Assembly: GCA_040954595.2 (NCBI GenBank)
Contig: CM082585.2
Span: forward strand, 3,378,902 to 3,442,901
Direction of reading: 5' to 3'
DNA: 64,000 nt
Origin: Balanoglossus misakiensis
Lineage: Eukaryota; Animalia; Hemichordata
A program made the translations under genes and the position numbers. The notes beneath the pieces were generated by a model, which did not search any database, was not told where the DNA came from, and saw only the letters and a list, made by a program, of their open reading frames with translations. This document shows, piece by piece, positions 63,636 to 64,000 of the stretch (within the stretch, counting starts at the first letter, position 1; the number at the start of each line of letters is the position of its first letter).

Positions 63636-64000
63636 TTTGGACTTGAGCTGTGTCTTTGTCTCGTTCGTAAAATGTAAACAGAAATTCTCTAACGGCGGAA
63701 GGTGCCCTTGTTATACGTATTCTGATTGTACTTAGTGTTAGAGTAAATCGATCTTATGAAGTATTTAGCATTTATCTATTGAACATTTTGTAGACTAAAG
63801 TAAAATGTTATAACTGCCGATAAAATAACTTCGAACGAGACTGTCTAGCCAATCAGGCAGTTTACGCCACTGCACCTCGAGATGGCGCTGTGCAAGACAA
63901 CAATTACAAATCCCAGACAGTAATGACCTCCAATGACCTCTTGTTTATTCACGCCTGAACAGTGTCAAAGAGGCCGTAGTTGACAGCGCTTAGGGACCGT
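63636..64000. promoter_or_regulatory. U2SURP promoter / 5' region
   Basis: AAAATGGCGG (YY1-like) start context, CGGAAG at ~63696, CCAATCA at ~63849 and local CpG enrichment. Confidence 0.5.

Overview
AT-rich, intron-rich animal genomic DNA, not prokaryotic. The genes and repeats look like a marine invertebrate, possibly a deuterostome (inference). I traced three conserved multi-exon genes on the minus strand by GT-AG boundaries and reading frame: COPS6/CSN6 (8 coding exons, ~322 aa), a TRF1/TRF2-type telomeric repeat-binding factor (TRFH plus telobox Myb, ~489 aa) and U2SURP/SR140 (22 coding exons, ~1043 aa). A signal-peptide first exon of a fourth gene lies near 7.8 kb. The most unusual content is two highly diverged, convergent genes flanking TERF (18694-21114 + and 33938-34918 -). 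Each fuses a RAG1-N-terminal/Chapa-like zinc domain to a CxGN...TIR-x3-C...RCxxC module of the kind found upstream of P-element/THAP9-like transposase cores, and neither has a catalytic core. One appears to share a bidirectional promoter with COPS6. Introns and intergenic DNA are dense with DNA-transposon material: a decayed piggyBac gene inside pogo-type TA-flanked ends, a three-level pogo>Kolobok>Academ nest with a 4 x 355 bp tandem end, a foldback element with a 9-bp TSD, Merlin, hAT and LINE relics, a tRNA-derived SINE and many MITEs. All family assignments come from motif recognition by eye; no searches were run.
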